Part shown: positions 1 through 8,704 of the stretch, in pieces
Layout: each line of letters opens with the position of its first letter
How positions within the stretch are numbered: the stretch's first letter is position 1
Virus record (IMG/VR): IMGVR_UViG_3300035670_000009
Location: 64,001 to 128,000 of that record
Source of the DNA: a virus
Taxonomy: Duplodnaviria; Caudoviricetes
DNA length: 64,000 bases
Direction: 5' to 3' (one strand)
Position numbers and translations under genes: made by a program
The notes under the pieces: model-generated
Database searches by the model: none
What the model was told of the DNA's origin: nothing
What the model saw: only the letters and a program-made list of their open reading frames with translations

Positions 1-1635
1 GCGAGCGGTCTGCTGCGCGCGTTCCGCATCCCGGAGCCGCCAAACCGCCTCGCCGCGGGCAGTGGCCAGCTTGTCGCGTTCGGCAAGCAGTTCGCCAAGC
101 TTTTCCAGACGTGCCCGGGCCTGGTGGGCATCGGCCTGGGTAACCTGCGACTCGACCAGCTGCGCAGAGAGCGCCTCGTGCCGGTTACGCAGCGCGGCTA
201 GTTGACCGTCTAGCCGGTCGCATTTGGACGACGCCGCCTGAAACAGCGGCGCAATGGCCTGGCGCGCCTTCTGGAACGAGTCGTAGTCCAGGACTGTCTG
301 CGACAACTCGTCTTCCGAAAGCGTCGGAGGAACCACGTTTTGAAGCTTGGCTTCGGCGTCGGCGATTTGATGCTCTCGAGCGTCCAGGTCGCTCTTTCGT
401 TTTTCCCACGCCAGCCGTGTCGCGTGATCTTGTACCGCCTGGCGGTGCGTTACATTCGCTTTAGACTGTTCCGTTTGCAGCCGCCCGAGCAGCTCCTGAC
501 GCTGCGCAATTTGGTCCGCCAGGGCTGCCGTATGCGTGTGACAGGTCGGGCATTCGCTAATACCCGACTCAGTAAACATCTTGAGAAACTCTTCCGTCTC
601 GCGGATGCGCTGCGTAAGGCTGAACAAGTGATTATGTGCTGTTATGACGTCGTCATGCGTAACTACCGGCGGTTCCTCCATTGCAGCCCGGGCGGCCTGC
701 ACCGTTTTGCGGTCGCGTTCCAGCGCGTCACGGGCCGCCGCAACAGCTTTGTAGCTCTGCCAATGGCCCAGAGCCGTCCGAGCAGCCGTGATTGACGCCT
801 CCTGCCCCTGAGAAGCCTCGTCGAGCGCCTGTATGTCGGCCTTGTGCCAGTCGCGTTCCGCCTTCGCCAGCACAAGCTGCTTGGCCAGCGCGGTCGCCTC
901 GCTGTCGATATTGGCCAGCTCGGTTCCGGCCCGTTCCCGGGCTTCCCAGTCTTGGATAATCGCCTGGTCAGCCGTTTGCTGATCGAAGTAGGCGGTCATC
1001 GACGGAAGCTTGCCAAGTTCCGCGTCAATTTCAGCGACCGCAGTCTCGGCCTGGTTGCACTGCTCCTGAAGCTGGCTAGCGGGCGTGAGCACCTCGGGAA
1101 TAGATATCTTTGCCAGATTCTTGCCCAACGCGTCTTGGCACTTGTCGGCCTTGGCTGTGTTAAAGAGCCGCTGGAAAAACTTGTCGGTGTCAGTCTGACT
1201 GTCGTCAATAAAGCTGAAAATCTCGGTCTGGCCGACGATGATGAACCGGCTAATGAACTTTGAGTCCACGCCAAGCAGGTCTTCAATCGCCTTAGTTACG
1301 GCCTTGTCGCCGCGCGCTTTTTCGACGCCGTCCAGCGTGAAGGTAGACGGCTCGTTAGTCGGAATAAGATGCCGCGTAACGCAGGCGATATGGCCGGAGT
1401 GCTCAAACTCCAACGAGGCAAACGACGATTCGCCTTCCTTGGCGTACTGGCTGACGTTGTCCGCCTTGACGCCGTAGTTGGGATTCTCGCCGGTGAGCAG
1501 CCATTTCAGCGCGCCGAAGAGGCTGCTCTTGCCAGAGCCGTTCTCGCCCAGAATGGCCACCAGGCCGCGAGTGAATTCACACACTCGATGGCGATGGTGT
1601 ACCCAATTCCGAACTTCCAATCTCAACAATTGCAC
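1..1635 (-). CDS. sbcC: SbcC/Rad50-like SMC ATPase (partial; runs off the left edge)
   Basis: Not in the ORF track because it has no stop in the window. GTG at 1635 has GAGGAGG upstream; translation begins VQLLRLEVRNWVHH..VAILGENGSGKSSLFGAL (Walker A), then coiled coil and CPTCH zinc hook; adjacent to an SbcD-like nuclease. Confidence 0.9.
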   Translation of the reverse strand, partial: MQLLRLEVRNWVHHRHRVCEFTRGLVAILGENGSGKSSLFGALKWLLTGENPNYGVKADNVSQYAKEGESSFASLEFEHSGHIACVTRHLIPTNEPSTFTLDGVEKARGDKAVTKAIEDLLGVDSKFISRFIIVGQTEIFSFIDDSQTDTDKFFQRLFNTAKADKCQDALGKNLAKISIPEVLTPASQLQEQCNQAETAVAEIDAELGKLPSMTAYFDQQTADQAIIQDWEARERAGTELANIDSEATALAKQLVLAKAERDWHKADIQALDEASQGQEASITAARTALGHWQSYKAVAAARDALERDRKTVQAARAAMEEPPVVTHDDVITAHNHLFSLTQRIRETEEFLKMFTESGISECPTCHTHTAALADQIAQRQELLGRLQTEQSKANVTHRQAVQDHATRLAWEKRKSDLDAREHQIADAEAKLQNVVPPTLSEDELSQTVLDYDSFQKARQAIAPLFQAASSKCDRLDGQLAALRNRHEALSAQLVESQVTQADAHQARARLEKLGELLAERDKLATARGEAVWRLRDAERAQQTAR

Positions 1636-2761
1636 GAGGAGCCTCCTCGGTGAAAAACGCCTTGAAAAACGCCTCTAGCTCCTTACCGGGGTCTTCGGCC
1701 CTGACGAGCCGGTCGGCGAGGCGGTACTCCTCTGAGTCTGCGCCGAGCAGGTCAGATAGCGCCGATAGAAGGTCGTTTCGCGCGCCGTCGCGGTTGTGGT
1801 TTTTGGTCTGCGTCTCTGCATTCTTGTCGGCCAGCGCCTCGCAAAACAGATGCGCCATGTCGTTTACGGCCGTAGTGAGCCGCAGAAACGCGTCGGGGAG
1901 CCGCTTGTCAAACTTGATCCGAACGATCGGTTTGTCGATGCCCAGGCCGCGCTCGGCATTTGAGCACTGCGCTTGCGCCTCGGCGATAGCCGCCGCCAAC
2001 TCACCGGCGCAGAGGCTGTCTAGCAGCTCCTGCTCCTTGACCGTGTAGCTCAAAAACGGACGGGTGCGCAGCTTGTGCGCCTCAAACTCGAAGCCGCCGT
2101 CGTCATTCCGGCTAATCACGAAGAAGTACTTGGTGGGGCACTCGCCCAGGTCCTGCATGCAGATTGAACCAGGCGAGAGCATGGTGACCAGCTGACCTTG
2201 CGCGCCCGCCCCTTCGACCGTGGTCGTCACGTGGAAGTCACCGGCCAGAACAGTGCGAACATAGTGCACGTCGGTGAGGTTGCACTCGGTGCGTCCCAAG
2301 CCCTTCATCAAGTCCTCCCAGACCTGGTGAGTAATCAAGATGTCGGCGTCTTGCGGCACCGCCTTGAAAGCTTCTTGGATCTCGCCGCGGGGCAACCAGT
2401 CCAGACCGTAGACCTGGGCTCCGCGAATTCCGCGAAGCTGGCTGTGAATGTGAATCGGCCAGGAGTGCACGCTGAGCCAAGGCGCGTTGCGGTCGTATTC
2501 GTGATTGCCCTGGATGTAGTAGACCTCGAGTTCCTCGTGCTCCATCTTCGTCAGCCCTTCGCACAGTTTGGCGATCGGCCGGGCGGAGTTGCTCTTCTTC
2601 TCGAGCACGTCGCCGCCCATTATCAAGGGCAACCGGTGCTCGATGCAGTAATCAACGATTTGGGCGAAACTGTAATACGCGTCGCCGTAGATGCTCGGTC
2701 GCGTCGTCCAGGCGCCGTCTTCTAAGTGAAGATCAGCGGTGAACACAAAAAGAGGCGTCAT
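1577..2761 (-). CDS. sbcD: SbcD/Mre11-like metallophosphoesterase nuclease
   Basis: Motifs ADLHL, GGDVLE, GNHEYD, THQ and GDFH; directly upstream of the SbcC-like gene. Confidence 0.9.
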   Translation of the reverse strand: MTPLFVFTADLHLEDGAWTTRPSIYGDAYYSFAQIVDYCIEHRLPLIMGGDVLEKKSNSARPIAKLCEGLTKMEHEELEVYYIQGNHEYDRNAPWLSVHSWPIHIHSQLRGIRGAQVYGLDWLPRGEIQEAFKAVPQDADILITHQVWEDLMKGLGRTECNLTDVHYVRTVLAGDFHVTTTVEGAGAQGQLVTMLSPGSICMQDLGECPTKYFFVISRNDDGGFEFEAHKLRTRPFLSYTVKEQELLDSLCAGELAAAIAEAQAQCSNAERGLGIDKPIVRIKFDKRLPDAFLRLTTAVNDMAHLFCEALADKNAETQTKNHNRDGARNDLLSALSDLLGADSEEYRLADRLVRAEDPGKELEAFFKAFFTEEAPRAIVEIGSSELGTPSPSSV

Positions 2762-2770
2762 TCGCTGTTC

Positions 2771-3373
2771 CTAGTATTCAGCGTCGTCGTAGTAGTCGTT
2801 CTCGTCTTCTTCGTCGTCATCAACATCGTCGTAGTCGTTTTGCGAGTTAGACCACAGTTCTTTGTTAGTCGGATACGCGCCGCCGAACAATTGGCTGTGA
2901 AACAGCTGCAGAAATGAAGTCAACCACGCATTCGACGAGTATGCGTGCGACTCTGTCGTTTTTGGCAACTGATCGAGCTGCAGATGCGTCCACGCCGTCT
3001 GCCATTGCTGCGGATGTCCAGAAAACCAACCCAGGTCTTTTTGAGCGGTTTTGTCGTCCGCTGGTTTGACGAGCTTGAAAAAAGACACATGCACAAGCGC
3101 GGCTAACTCGGCGACAGTCGGGTACGCCGGGCCGCGGCGAGGTCGTGCGCCGCGCCGGGTCGCGACAAGCGCTAATTCGTGCTCGAAGTCCGCGCTCATT
3201 TCGTGAAGCTGGCGGCCAAGAGCCGCTGCGTGTACCGGACATTTTACACCGATTTCACTGCGCATCAGTTGCAGTGTATTGAACACCTCGTCGAAGTTCT
3301 GTTTGAGCGTCAAGCCGAAAAGCCTGACGAACTGCGCCTCTTCTTGCGAAAACTTGTCAAATTCAGACGTCAT
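2771..3373 (-). CDS. hypothetical protein with acidic C-terminal tail
   Basis: Start re-assigned to MTSEFDK at 3373 (ATGA overlap with the stop of the upstream gene). Confidence 0.65.
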   Translation of the reverse strand: MTSEFDKFSQEEAQFVRLFGLTLKQNFDEVFNTLQLMRSEIGVKCPVHAAALGRQLHEMSADFEHELALVATRRGARPRRGPAYPTVAELAALVHVSFFKLVKPADDKTAQKDLGWFSGHPQQWQTAWTHLQLDQLPKTTESHAYSSNAWLTSFLQLFHSQLFGGAYPTNKELWSNSQNDYDDVDDDEEDENDYYDDAEY

Positions 3374-4161
3374 GGATTGGTCTCTCGCAAAGACCGACAC
3401 CAAGCCCGTGTCTCTGCTTCGCTGTAGCTCGCAATGCGGCCGAGTGACCAATATAGCAATACGCCTGGGTGCAGCAGATAAGGCGGCGGATTGTACGCGC
3501 CGCCCCAACCGTCATTGACGTAAAACGGCGCATGCGGCCGGTCCATCGAGCCCTTTAAAACCGCGGAAAACAAAAGCAGCTGGCAGGTCCATGTCGCATA
3601 AGCGCCGAACGATAACGACCAAGTTTGGTAGTCAGGCGGAACCAGCAATCGTCGGTAGTACAACTCCCGCGCGAGTTTTGCCGAAAGCGCAAACGCCGCG
3701 GAGTGCGCTGTATACGCTGCAGGTGGTTTGTCCCACATTTCGTGCGGCAAACGGAGCGCCGAAAAGAAATGCCCCATTCGCAAAAAACTTTCGCCGTAAT
3801 AGTAACGATCGGCTACGCCCAGCAGGTCTGCTGTTTCTTCATGACATAACCTGTTGATGCGTTCGTCGCAGCCTTTGCCCAGAAACATTCCGTCGTCCCG
3901 CACGCACACGACCTGCTCAAATTCCACGCCATCGTAAATCGCCTGGTAAAGCCCGGCGTAAAAACGAAAATCCCCCGCAACGTCGCTCTCGTAAAGCAGG
4001 TCGGCGCCACAGTTATCGTACTGACTGCGCGCGCCTTCCGGCACGACCACCAGCGTTTTGCACGGATAGCGACTGGTCCAACGCGCGGCGGCGACAAAGT
4101 CTGCGGCAATTGTCGAACCGCGCGCCGTGTGCGTGATGTAAAGAGTCAGCGGGGCAGACAT
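3370..4161 (-). CDS. hypothetical protein, possibly glycosyltransferase-like
   Basis: 263 aa; VCVRDDG resembles a DxD-type metal motif; translationally coupled to a glycosyltransferase gene. Confidence 0.4.
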   Translation of the reverse strand: MSAPLTLYITHTARGSTIAADFVAAARWTSRYPCKTLVVVPEGARSQYDNCGADLLYESDVAGDFRFYAGLYQAIYDGVEFEQVVCVRDDGMFLGKGCDERINRLCHEETADLLGVADRYYYGESFLRMGHFFSALRLPHEMWDKPPAAYTAHSAAFALSAKLARELYYRRLLVPPDYQTWSLSFGAYATWTCQLLLFSAVLKGSMDRPHAPFYVNDGWGGAYNPPPYLLHPGVLLYWSLGRIASYSEAETRAWCRSLRETNP

Positions 4162-4955
4162 ACCCTGTAAACGTCCTTGATGCGCTGCGGAATCTCAGAC
4201 AACTGCGCGTACTCAGTCGGATTGTCCAGATCGCACAATAGATATCTTTCCAGGTCGGCTGGGTTGTCTAGCCGCTGGTGGACGCCCTCGGGCGAAAACC
4301 GAAACCGCCCGCACCAGACTCGTCCGGCGTTACGCTGGTGACGCCGCAACGCAAGCCGGTAGTCGATCTGATGGATGTGCAGGCAAAGCAGGTCCGGGTG
4401 CGGCGGCTCGTTGGGCGGAACGTTGTAAGCGCCGTGAAAGCCAGCCGCGTAAAACACCGGCAGCCGCGCGACGGCAACCTTTGAGTATTTCGCGCTTTTG
4501 TACCAATGCCGACGGTGGGTCAGGAGCGCCTGCCCCGCCATCAGGTCTGGTTCATTGCGACGGTCGTGAACCACACAGTAGCCAGTAGCCTTGATAAAGG
4601 CAGACTTCGGATAGTCCGCGATCAGCTCGCCCAGCGTCTGATACTCATCGGGCGCAGGCATGAGCAACTCGTCGACCTCCGAAAAGCCAACGGCGCCGAA
4701 GCTCTGGAGCAGAAACTCCTGAAACCGCTCGACAACCCGGGTCAGCCAGTCGTAGTCGAAACTTTCGACGTGCCGCACCGGCACGACGTGAACGCCGTCC
4801 GCTTTGAGCTGCGCAAGATAGTACGACGCGTCGCCCACGCTGTCGTGGTCGAGCACAAACAACTCAGCTTCGGGGGCGTACGTTCGGTAATGCTCAACCC
4901 AAACGGGGAGCAGGTCGATCTCGTCCTGAGCAATCGTGAAAAAGGCGTGGTTCAT
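4146..4955 (-). CDS. GT-A fold glycosyltransferase (GT2-like / GT92-like)
   Basis: Start re-assigned to MNHAFFTIAQDE at 4955; pattern 'LPVWVEHY..LFVLDHDSVG..FSEVDELL..KYSK..GFH' is typical of this family. Confidence 0.7.
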   Translation of the reverse strand: MNHAFFTIAQDEIDLLPVWVEHYRTYAPEAELFVLDHDSVGDASYYLAQLKADGVHVVPVRHVESFDYDWLTRVVERFQEFLLQSFGAVGFSEVDELLMPAPDEYQTLGELIADYPKSAFIKATGYCVVHDRRNEPDLMAGQALLTHRRHWYKSAKYSKVAVARLPVFYAAGFHGAYNVPPNEPPHPDLLCLHIHQIDYRLALRRHQRNAGRVWCGRFRFSPEGVHQRLDNPADLERYLLCDLDNPTEYAQLSEIPQRIKDVYRVCLPR

Positions 4956-4980
4956 GTTTTTGTTGGCAATTAGGGGCGCA

Positions 4981-5140
4981 CAACCCCGCCGGGAGTCGAA
5001 CCCAGTAACAGCGCGTCCAATTGCGCTCGGGGTGCGCGCGACAGGATCCGTCCTAGTCACGACTTTCGGCACACGTATGAGGAAACATACGCCACCGACC
5101 TCGTGGTTATGACCCACTCACGACTTGGGTGCCGAACCGT
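4981..5140 (-). ncRNA. candidate structured RNA including a tRNA-like module without an anticodon arm
   Basis: Minus strand 5033-4983 reads ACCCCG-A-GCGC-AATTGGAC-GCGC-TGTTA-CTGGG-TTCGACT-CCCGG-CGGGGT (acceptor-like stem, D-like arm, T arm). Upstream are the stems TTCGGCAC/GTGCCGAA and CGTATG/CATACG. Confidence 0.5.
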
Positions 5141-5149
5141 CCAACCGGC

Positions 5150-5755
5150 TTAGGCCTCGGCAGGCCTTGATTCAACGCTCACCGGTCGCTGGAAATTGAC
5201 AAAAGCGCGCGCGACTTCCAAACAGGCGCGGGTATCAGCCATGGCGTTATGCGCACCCTCGAGCGGAATACCCAAGTATTCACACACCTCGACAAGGTTG
5301 CATCGGCAATTGAGCGCGCCAGTCGCGTTAAAGAACTGCGCAAGAATGGCCGTGTCGAGCGCAGGATACGTGACGTACTTTCGCCACTCGTCAGCGAAAA
5401 TGAGCTGGTCGTAAATGAAGTCCAAATCGAACGCAAGGTTGTGCCCTGCAGGAATCATCTTTCGACCGCCGCTCATTTGATAGCCACGGTTGAGAAACTC
5501 AGCAAAGATCTGCTGCGCGTCTTCAATTTTCACGCCGCGCGCGCTGTGGTGAATTAAATCGATGCGATTGATCGTGATCGCCTCGGGAGTGACGATGTAC
5601 GTGGGGTGGCGGATTTCCAAGTAAAGCGTATCGTCAGAGGTTCCGCCGCGAATGGGCTGAAAATCGCGGTCTACCACAATCGCTGCTACCGTGAGCAGGC
5701 TATTGTGACTTTCAAGGCCGCCCGTTTCACAGTCCAAAAACAAATACATGGTCAT
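5150..5755 (-). CDS. DEDDh 3'-5' exonuclease (DnaQ/RNase T-like)
   Basis: Motifs LDCETGG, AGHNLAFD, LDT and HNAMAD. Confidence 0.9.
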   Translation of the reverse strand: MTMYLFLDCETGGLESHNSLLTVAAIVVDRDFQPIRGGTSDDTLYLEIRHPTYIVTPEAITINRIDLIHHSARGVKIEDAQQIFAEFLNRGYQMSGGRKMIPAGHNLAFDLDFIYDQLIFADEWRKYVTYPALDTAILAQFFNATGALNCRCNLVEVCEYLGIPLEGAHNAMADTRACLEVARAFVNFQRPVSVESRPAEA

Positions 5756-5788
5756 CCCTGTGTTTGATGCCGCTGATCCTGCGCGTTC

Positions 5789-6151
5789 TCAGCCCAATCG
5801 CGCTAACAACCCACGCAGCGTGTCGGCTGCGGTGTGTTCGTACCATTGCTCGGCAGCGTAGGCCGCCCAGTCAATTGCCTCTCGTTCCGCGGCGGTGAGC
5901 CGCATAGCGTCGCGCTGTTGTGCCACCGTCACCAGCTGTTGCTCCAGCCTGTCGCCAGCCTCCAACAGCAGGTTTTCCTTTTTCTGCAGCCGCTCAATCT
6001 CGTCGGCCGCGTCTCCGCAAAGAATGTCCCCGCTCTCGTAGTTCATTCTCAGAGTCTCAAGCAGGCGTTCCGGCGAAACCTTTGGGAATGGCCGAGAACC
6101 AGCGGATGCAGGAGACGGCTCGGCAGCGTCTCGCGTGTTGTCATCGCTCAT
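5789..6151 (-). CDS. small cassette-like hypothetical protein (paralog of 6180-6461)
   Basis: Start re-assigned to MSDDNT at 6151; shares the 126-bp segment ASAGSRPF...DEIERL and a C-terminal LTxxEREAI..TLxGLL motif with its neighbour. Confidence 0.75.
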   Translation of the reverse strand: MSDDNTRDAAEPSPASAGSRPFPKVSPERLLETLRMNYESGDILCGDAADEIERLQKKENLLLEAGDRLEQQLVTVAQQRDAMRLTAAEREAIDWAAYAAEQWYEHTAADTLRGLLARLG

Positions 6152-6433
6152 AGTTCGCCGCTCCTGATCCTTGTCGTTCTCACTTGGTCCGCTCCAGCAG
6201 GCCGAGCAGCGTCTGCCGAATATGCTGCGCTCGGCCTCCAGGGTCTTGGTGGTAGAGGTAGTCGCCTGCGGCCAACTCAATCGCCTCCCGCTCCTCGTCG
6301 GTGAGCCGCAGCCGCTCAATCTCATCCGCCGCATCCCCGCACAGAATGTCCCCGCTCTCGTAGTTCATTCTCAGAGTCTCAAGCAAGCGTTCCGGCGAAA
6401 CCTTTGGGAATGGCCGAGAACCAGCGGATGCAG
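5986..6433. repeat. 126-bp direct repeat (5986-6111 and 6308-6433)
   Basis: Aligned by eye: 6 mismatches, all synonymous in the minus-strand reading frame. Confidence 0.95.
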
Positions 6434-6461
6434 CAGACATTTCATTAACCTCGTTTGTCAT
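6180..6461 (-). CDS. small cassette-like hypothetical protein
   Basis: 93-aa ORF; paralog of 5789-6151. Confidence 0.75.
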   Translation of the reverse strand: MTNEVNEMSAASAGSRPFPKVSPERLLETLRMNYESGDILCGDAADEIERLRLTDEEREAIELAAGDYLYHQDPGGRAQHIRQTLLGLLERTK

Positions 6462-6497
6462 AACCGCTCCTGTGTTTGATGCCGCTAGTCGTTGACG

Positions 6498-6881
6498 TTA
6501 TCCAGTCCGAATCCATTCCCCGGCAATGTGCAGGTGGCGACACGCCACGAGCATGTCGGCCTCGCATATCTCGGCCGCCTTTCTCCTCGCCATCCTGCAA
6601 CTCCGAAGAATCCTCCACGATGCAATCGGGAACGTCTTAGCGAAATCCTGCATCCGTTTTTCGGCGTCTTGCGAAATGCCGATCTTCCAGTAGGTCTGCT
6701 CTCCGCAGGTTGCCTCAATCCAATACACTTCGCACCCGAGCCTGTCGCAATTGGCAGTCGCTCTGCTCGCAACGTATGCGTCCCAGCAAGCTTCCGGCGA
6801 CCCCAGCCATTTGGCTTGGTTTTCTTCGATACAGATACCCGCATCAAGTGCCGCAAACGCAACCTGTGATCGCGTGCTCAT
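6498..6881 (-). CDS. T5orf172/GIY-YIG-like nuclease domain protein
   Basis: VYWI..WKIGISQDAEKRM..GEW pattern. Confidence 0.65.
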   Translation of the reverse strand: MSTRSQVAFAALDAGICIEENQAKWLGSPEACWDAYVASRATANCDRLGCEVYWIEATCGEQTYWKIGISQDAEKRMQDFAKTFPIASWRILRSCRMARRKAAEICEADMLVACRHLHIAGEWIRTG

Positions 6882-6924
6882 TAGACAACCAACAAATAAA
6901 GCTGGCAGCTTGACGTATTACGTG

Positions 6925-7194
6925 TCATAGTGAGTCATCGCTGCGTTCGCGAATAGACACAAAACGCCCGCCATCTACATCAAACACGATGCCCGGCACG
7001 CCGCCATGCTGCGCGGCCACTGTATTTGCGATTCGCACCAGAGAATCGTAAATCTTTTTGCCGCGCGTATAACCAACAACGGCTACCAGCACACCGTAAG
7101 GGGAAAGACTAAATACGTCGTTTGAGTTGAAATCTCGCGGCGCAACGTCAGCGTGGTCTTCGATATGACCGCCAAAATCAAAATTGTCAGGCAT
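6925..7194 (-). CDS. hypothetical protein
   Basis: 89-aa ORF overlapping the hldE stop, same strand. Confidence 0.55.
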   Translation of the reverse strand: MPDNFDFGGHIEDHADVAPRDFNSNDVFSLSPYGVLVAVVGYTRGKKIYDSLVRIANTVAAQHGGVPGIVFDVDGGRFVSIRERSDDSL

Positions 7195-8704
7195 GTTTCA
7201 GTTTCTCGAGAATCTGCGTGGTGCTCACGTTGTCCACCATGGGACAACGCCAAATTCGGCCTGGAGGGTCGCGATTTATCATCTCTTCAAGGCCGATGAT
7301 TTCCTCCTCTTTGTACTGCGCGCCTTTGACCAATACGTCTGGGACAAACGCGTCGATCATGCCACGCAGCGCAGGTTGTGCGACAAAATCTTCTTCTTCG
7401 AGCGCAACAACTGCGTCCACGCATCCCAAGCTCGCGAGGACCCGGGAGCGCGTTTCAAAATCCTGCACGGGCCGGTTTGGCCCCTTGAGCAGGCGAACAC
7501 TCATGTCGCTGTTTACAGCCACAATGAGGCGCTTACCTTGTTGTTTTGCCTGTTCGAGCAGCTGCAGATGCCCGCGATGTAAAAGGTCAAAACAACCATT
7601 GGCAAGCACAATCGGCTCATTGATCGTGCGCCACGCAGTAGAAAGAGCCACACCTATAGCAAATGGAACAATCTTCGCTTCCGAAGACGTTTCTACCTGC
7701 TTGGCGTACCGCGCCAGAAACGGCGTGGCTGGGTCCAGCTGCGGATACCCTCGCGCCAGGTATTGCGCTGCCGCAGCGTTACCGGCAGCGATCATCAAAT
7801 GCGCACGCGCTGTATCCGGCGGCGCTTTGACCATTGGCGACAACATCAATTCAGCCACAATTCCGGCAAGAAACGCGTCTCCCGCGCCAACACAGTTGGC
7901 AATCGCGGGGAAACACGATTTTGCCGGTGCCTGATAACTCTTAATCGTCTCGTCCGGTTGGCGCACGGCGTACACAGCACCGTTTCTACCGCCGGTAATA
8001 ATTGCAACCTGCGCCTCGGCAGTCTCGAGCACAGCTTGCACAGTCTCGTGACGATCTGGCGACCAGGTTTTGTCGTTCAGCTCCAGATATTCTTTCGCTT
8101 CCGCGGCGTTCATTTTGACGATGTCGGCGCCCTTGTATGCGTTGAGCAAGGCGGGTTTCGCGCTAACCACCGACAACACGCCATAGTAGCGCGCGGCTTC
8201 GATAATCTTTTGCCCGTAAAACTGGCAATACCCTTTGCCGTAGTCGGCGATAACCAGCGCATTCGCCAACGGAATATGCTGCATATACCGCTCGATGTTG
8301 AAATCGCGCGAAGCGTGTGCAACATACTGATCGGACGTTTCTTCTTCGTCGTAGCGAAATGCGACAATGCCGTGATTATTGACAAACCGCATTTTGGCGG
8401 GCGTAACAAACAGCCCGCTGAATGTCACGTTTTTACAAGACAGGCCAGATTCGTGAAGCAACGCATGCACGGTCTGGCCCGGCGTATCGTCGCCCAGTCG
8501 GCTCATGAGCTTGATTCGCATATTCAGACTGCGCAACAACGCGGCCACCAATCCGGCGCCGCCAAGCGACGCTTGCCGGTCGTCTCCCTTTCCAGTGGCA
8601 ATGACCGCGGCACCTTCAGGATTCGCGTAGCGCGGCCCCGCTTGAATCCAAAGATCAAGCAACAGGTCGCCTAAAACGAGCACTTTCGGTCCGCGGTATC
8701 CCAT
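7187..8704 (-). CDS. hldE: bifunctional heptose-7-phosphate kinase / heptose-1-phosphate adenylyltransferase
   Basis: N-terminal PfkB domain (VLVLGDLLLD, GGAGLVA, GAGDAF); C-terminal cytidylyltransferase-like domain (NGCFDLLHRGH, AVNSDMSVRLLKGPNRP, LVKG, STT). Confidence 0.93.
   Translation of the reverse strand: MGYRGPKVLVLGDLLLDLWIQAGPRYANPEGAAVIATGKGDDRQASLGGAGLVAALLRSLNMRIKLMSRLGDDTPGQTVHALLHESGLSCKNVTFSGLFVTPAKMRFVNNHGIVAFRYDEEETSDQYVAHASRDFNIERYMQHIPLANALVIADYGKGYCQFYGQKIIEAARYYGVLSVVSAKPALLNAYKGADIVKMNAAEAKEYLELNDKTWSPDRHETVQAVLETAEAQVAIITGGRNGAVYAVRQPDETIKSYQAPAKSCFPAIANCVGAGDAFLAGIVAELMLSPMVKAPPDTARAHLMIAAGNAAAAQYLARGYPQLDPATPFLARYAKQVETSSEAKIVPFAIGVALSTAWRTINEPIVLANGCFDLLHRGHLQLLEQAKQQGKRLIVAVNSDMSVRLLKGPNRPVQDFETRSRVLASLGCVDAVVALEEEDFVAQPALRGMIDAFVPDVLVKGAQYKEEEIIGLEEMINRDPPGRIWRCPMVDNVSTTQILEKLKHA

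Larger units (their letters stand above)
5757..6503 (-). mobile_element. integron-like cassette array: two attC-like sites (6415-6503, 6093-6182) and one half site (5757-5791)
   Basis: Minus-strand architecture: stop-overlapping R'' (TGAGAAC or GGATAAC), 5 bp, L'' (GGATCAG) ... L' (CTGCATCC, one extra base), GCTG, R' (GTTCTCG). No integrase is visible in the window. Confidence 0.6.

Noticed and set aside
340-1263. Plus-strand ORFs 340-795 and 844-1263
   Set aside because: Antisense to the SbcC frame that the ORF track missed.
4956-5117. N-terminal extension of the glycosyltransferase ORF
   Set aside because: The sequence is non-protein-like and overlaps a structured tRNA-like segment; family-like sequence begins at Met 4955.
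5060-5140. Hammerhead ribozyme or c-di-GMP riboswitch
   Set aside because: GAAA is present but the CUGAUGA core and c-di-GMP consensus nucleotides were not found.
5986-6433. 126-bp repeat pair as a diversity-generating retroelement TR/VR
   Set aside because: The six mismatches are not confined to adenines on either strand, all are synonymous, and no reverse transcriptase is in the window.
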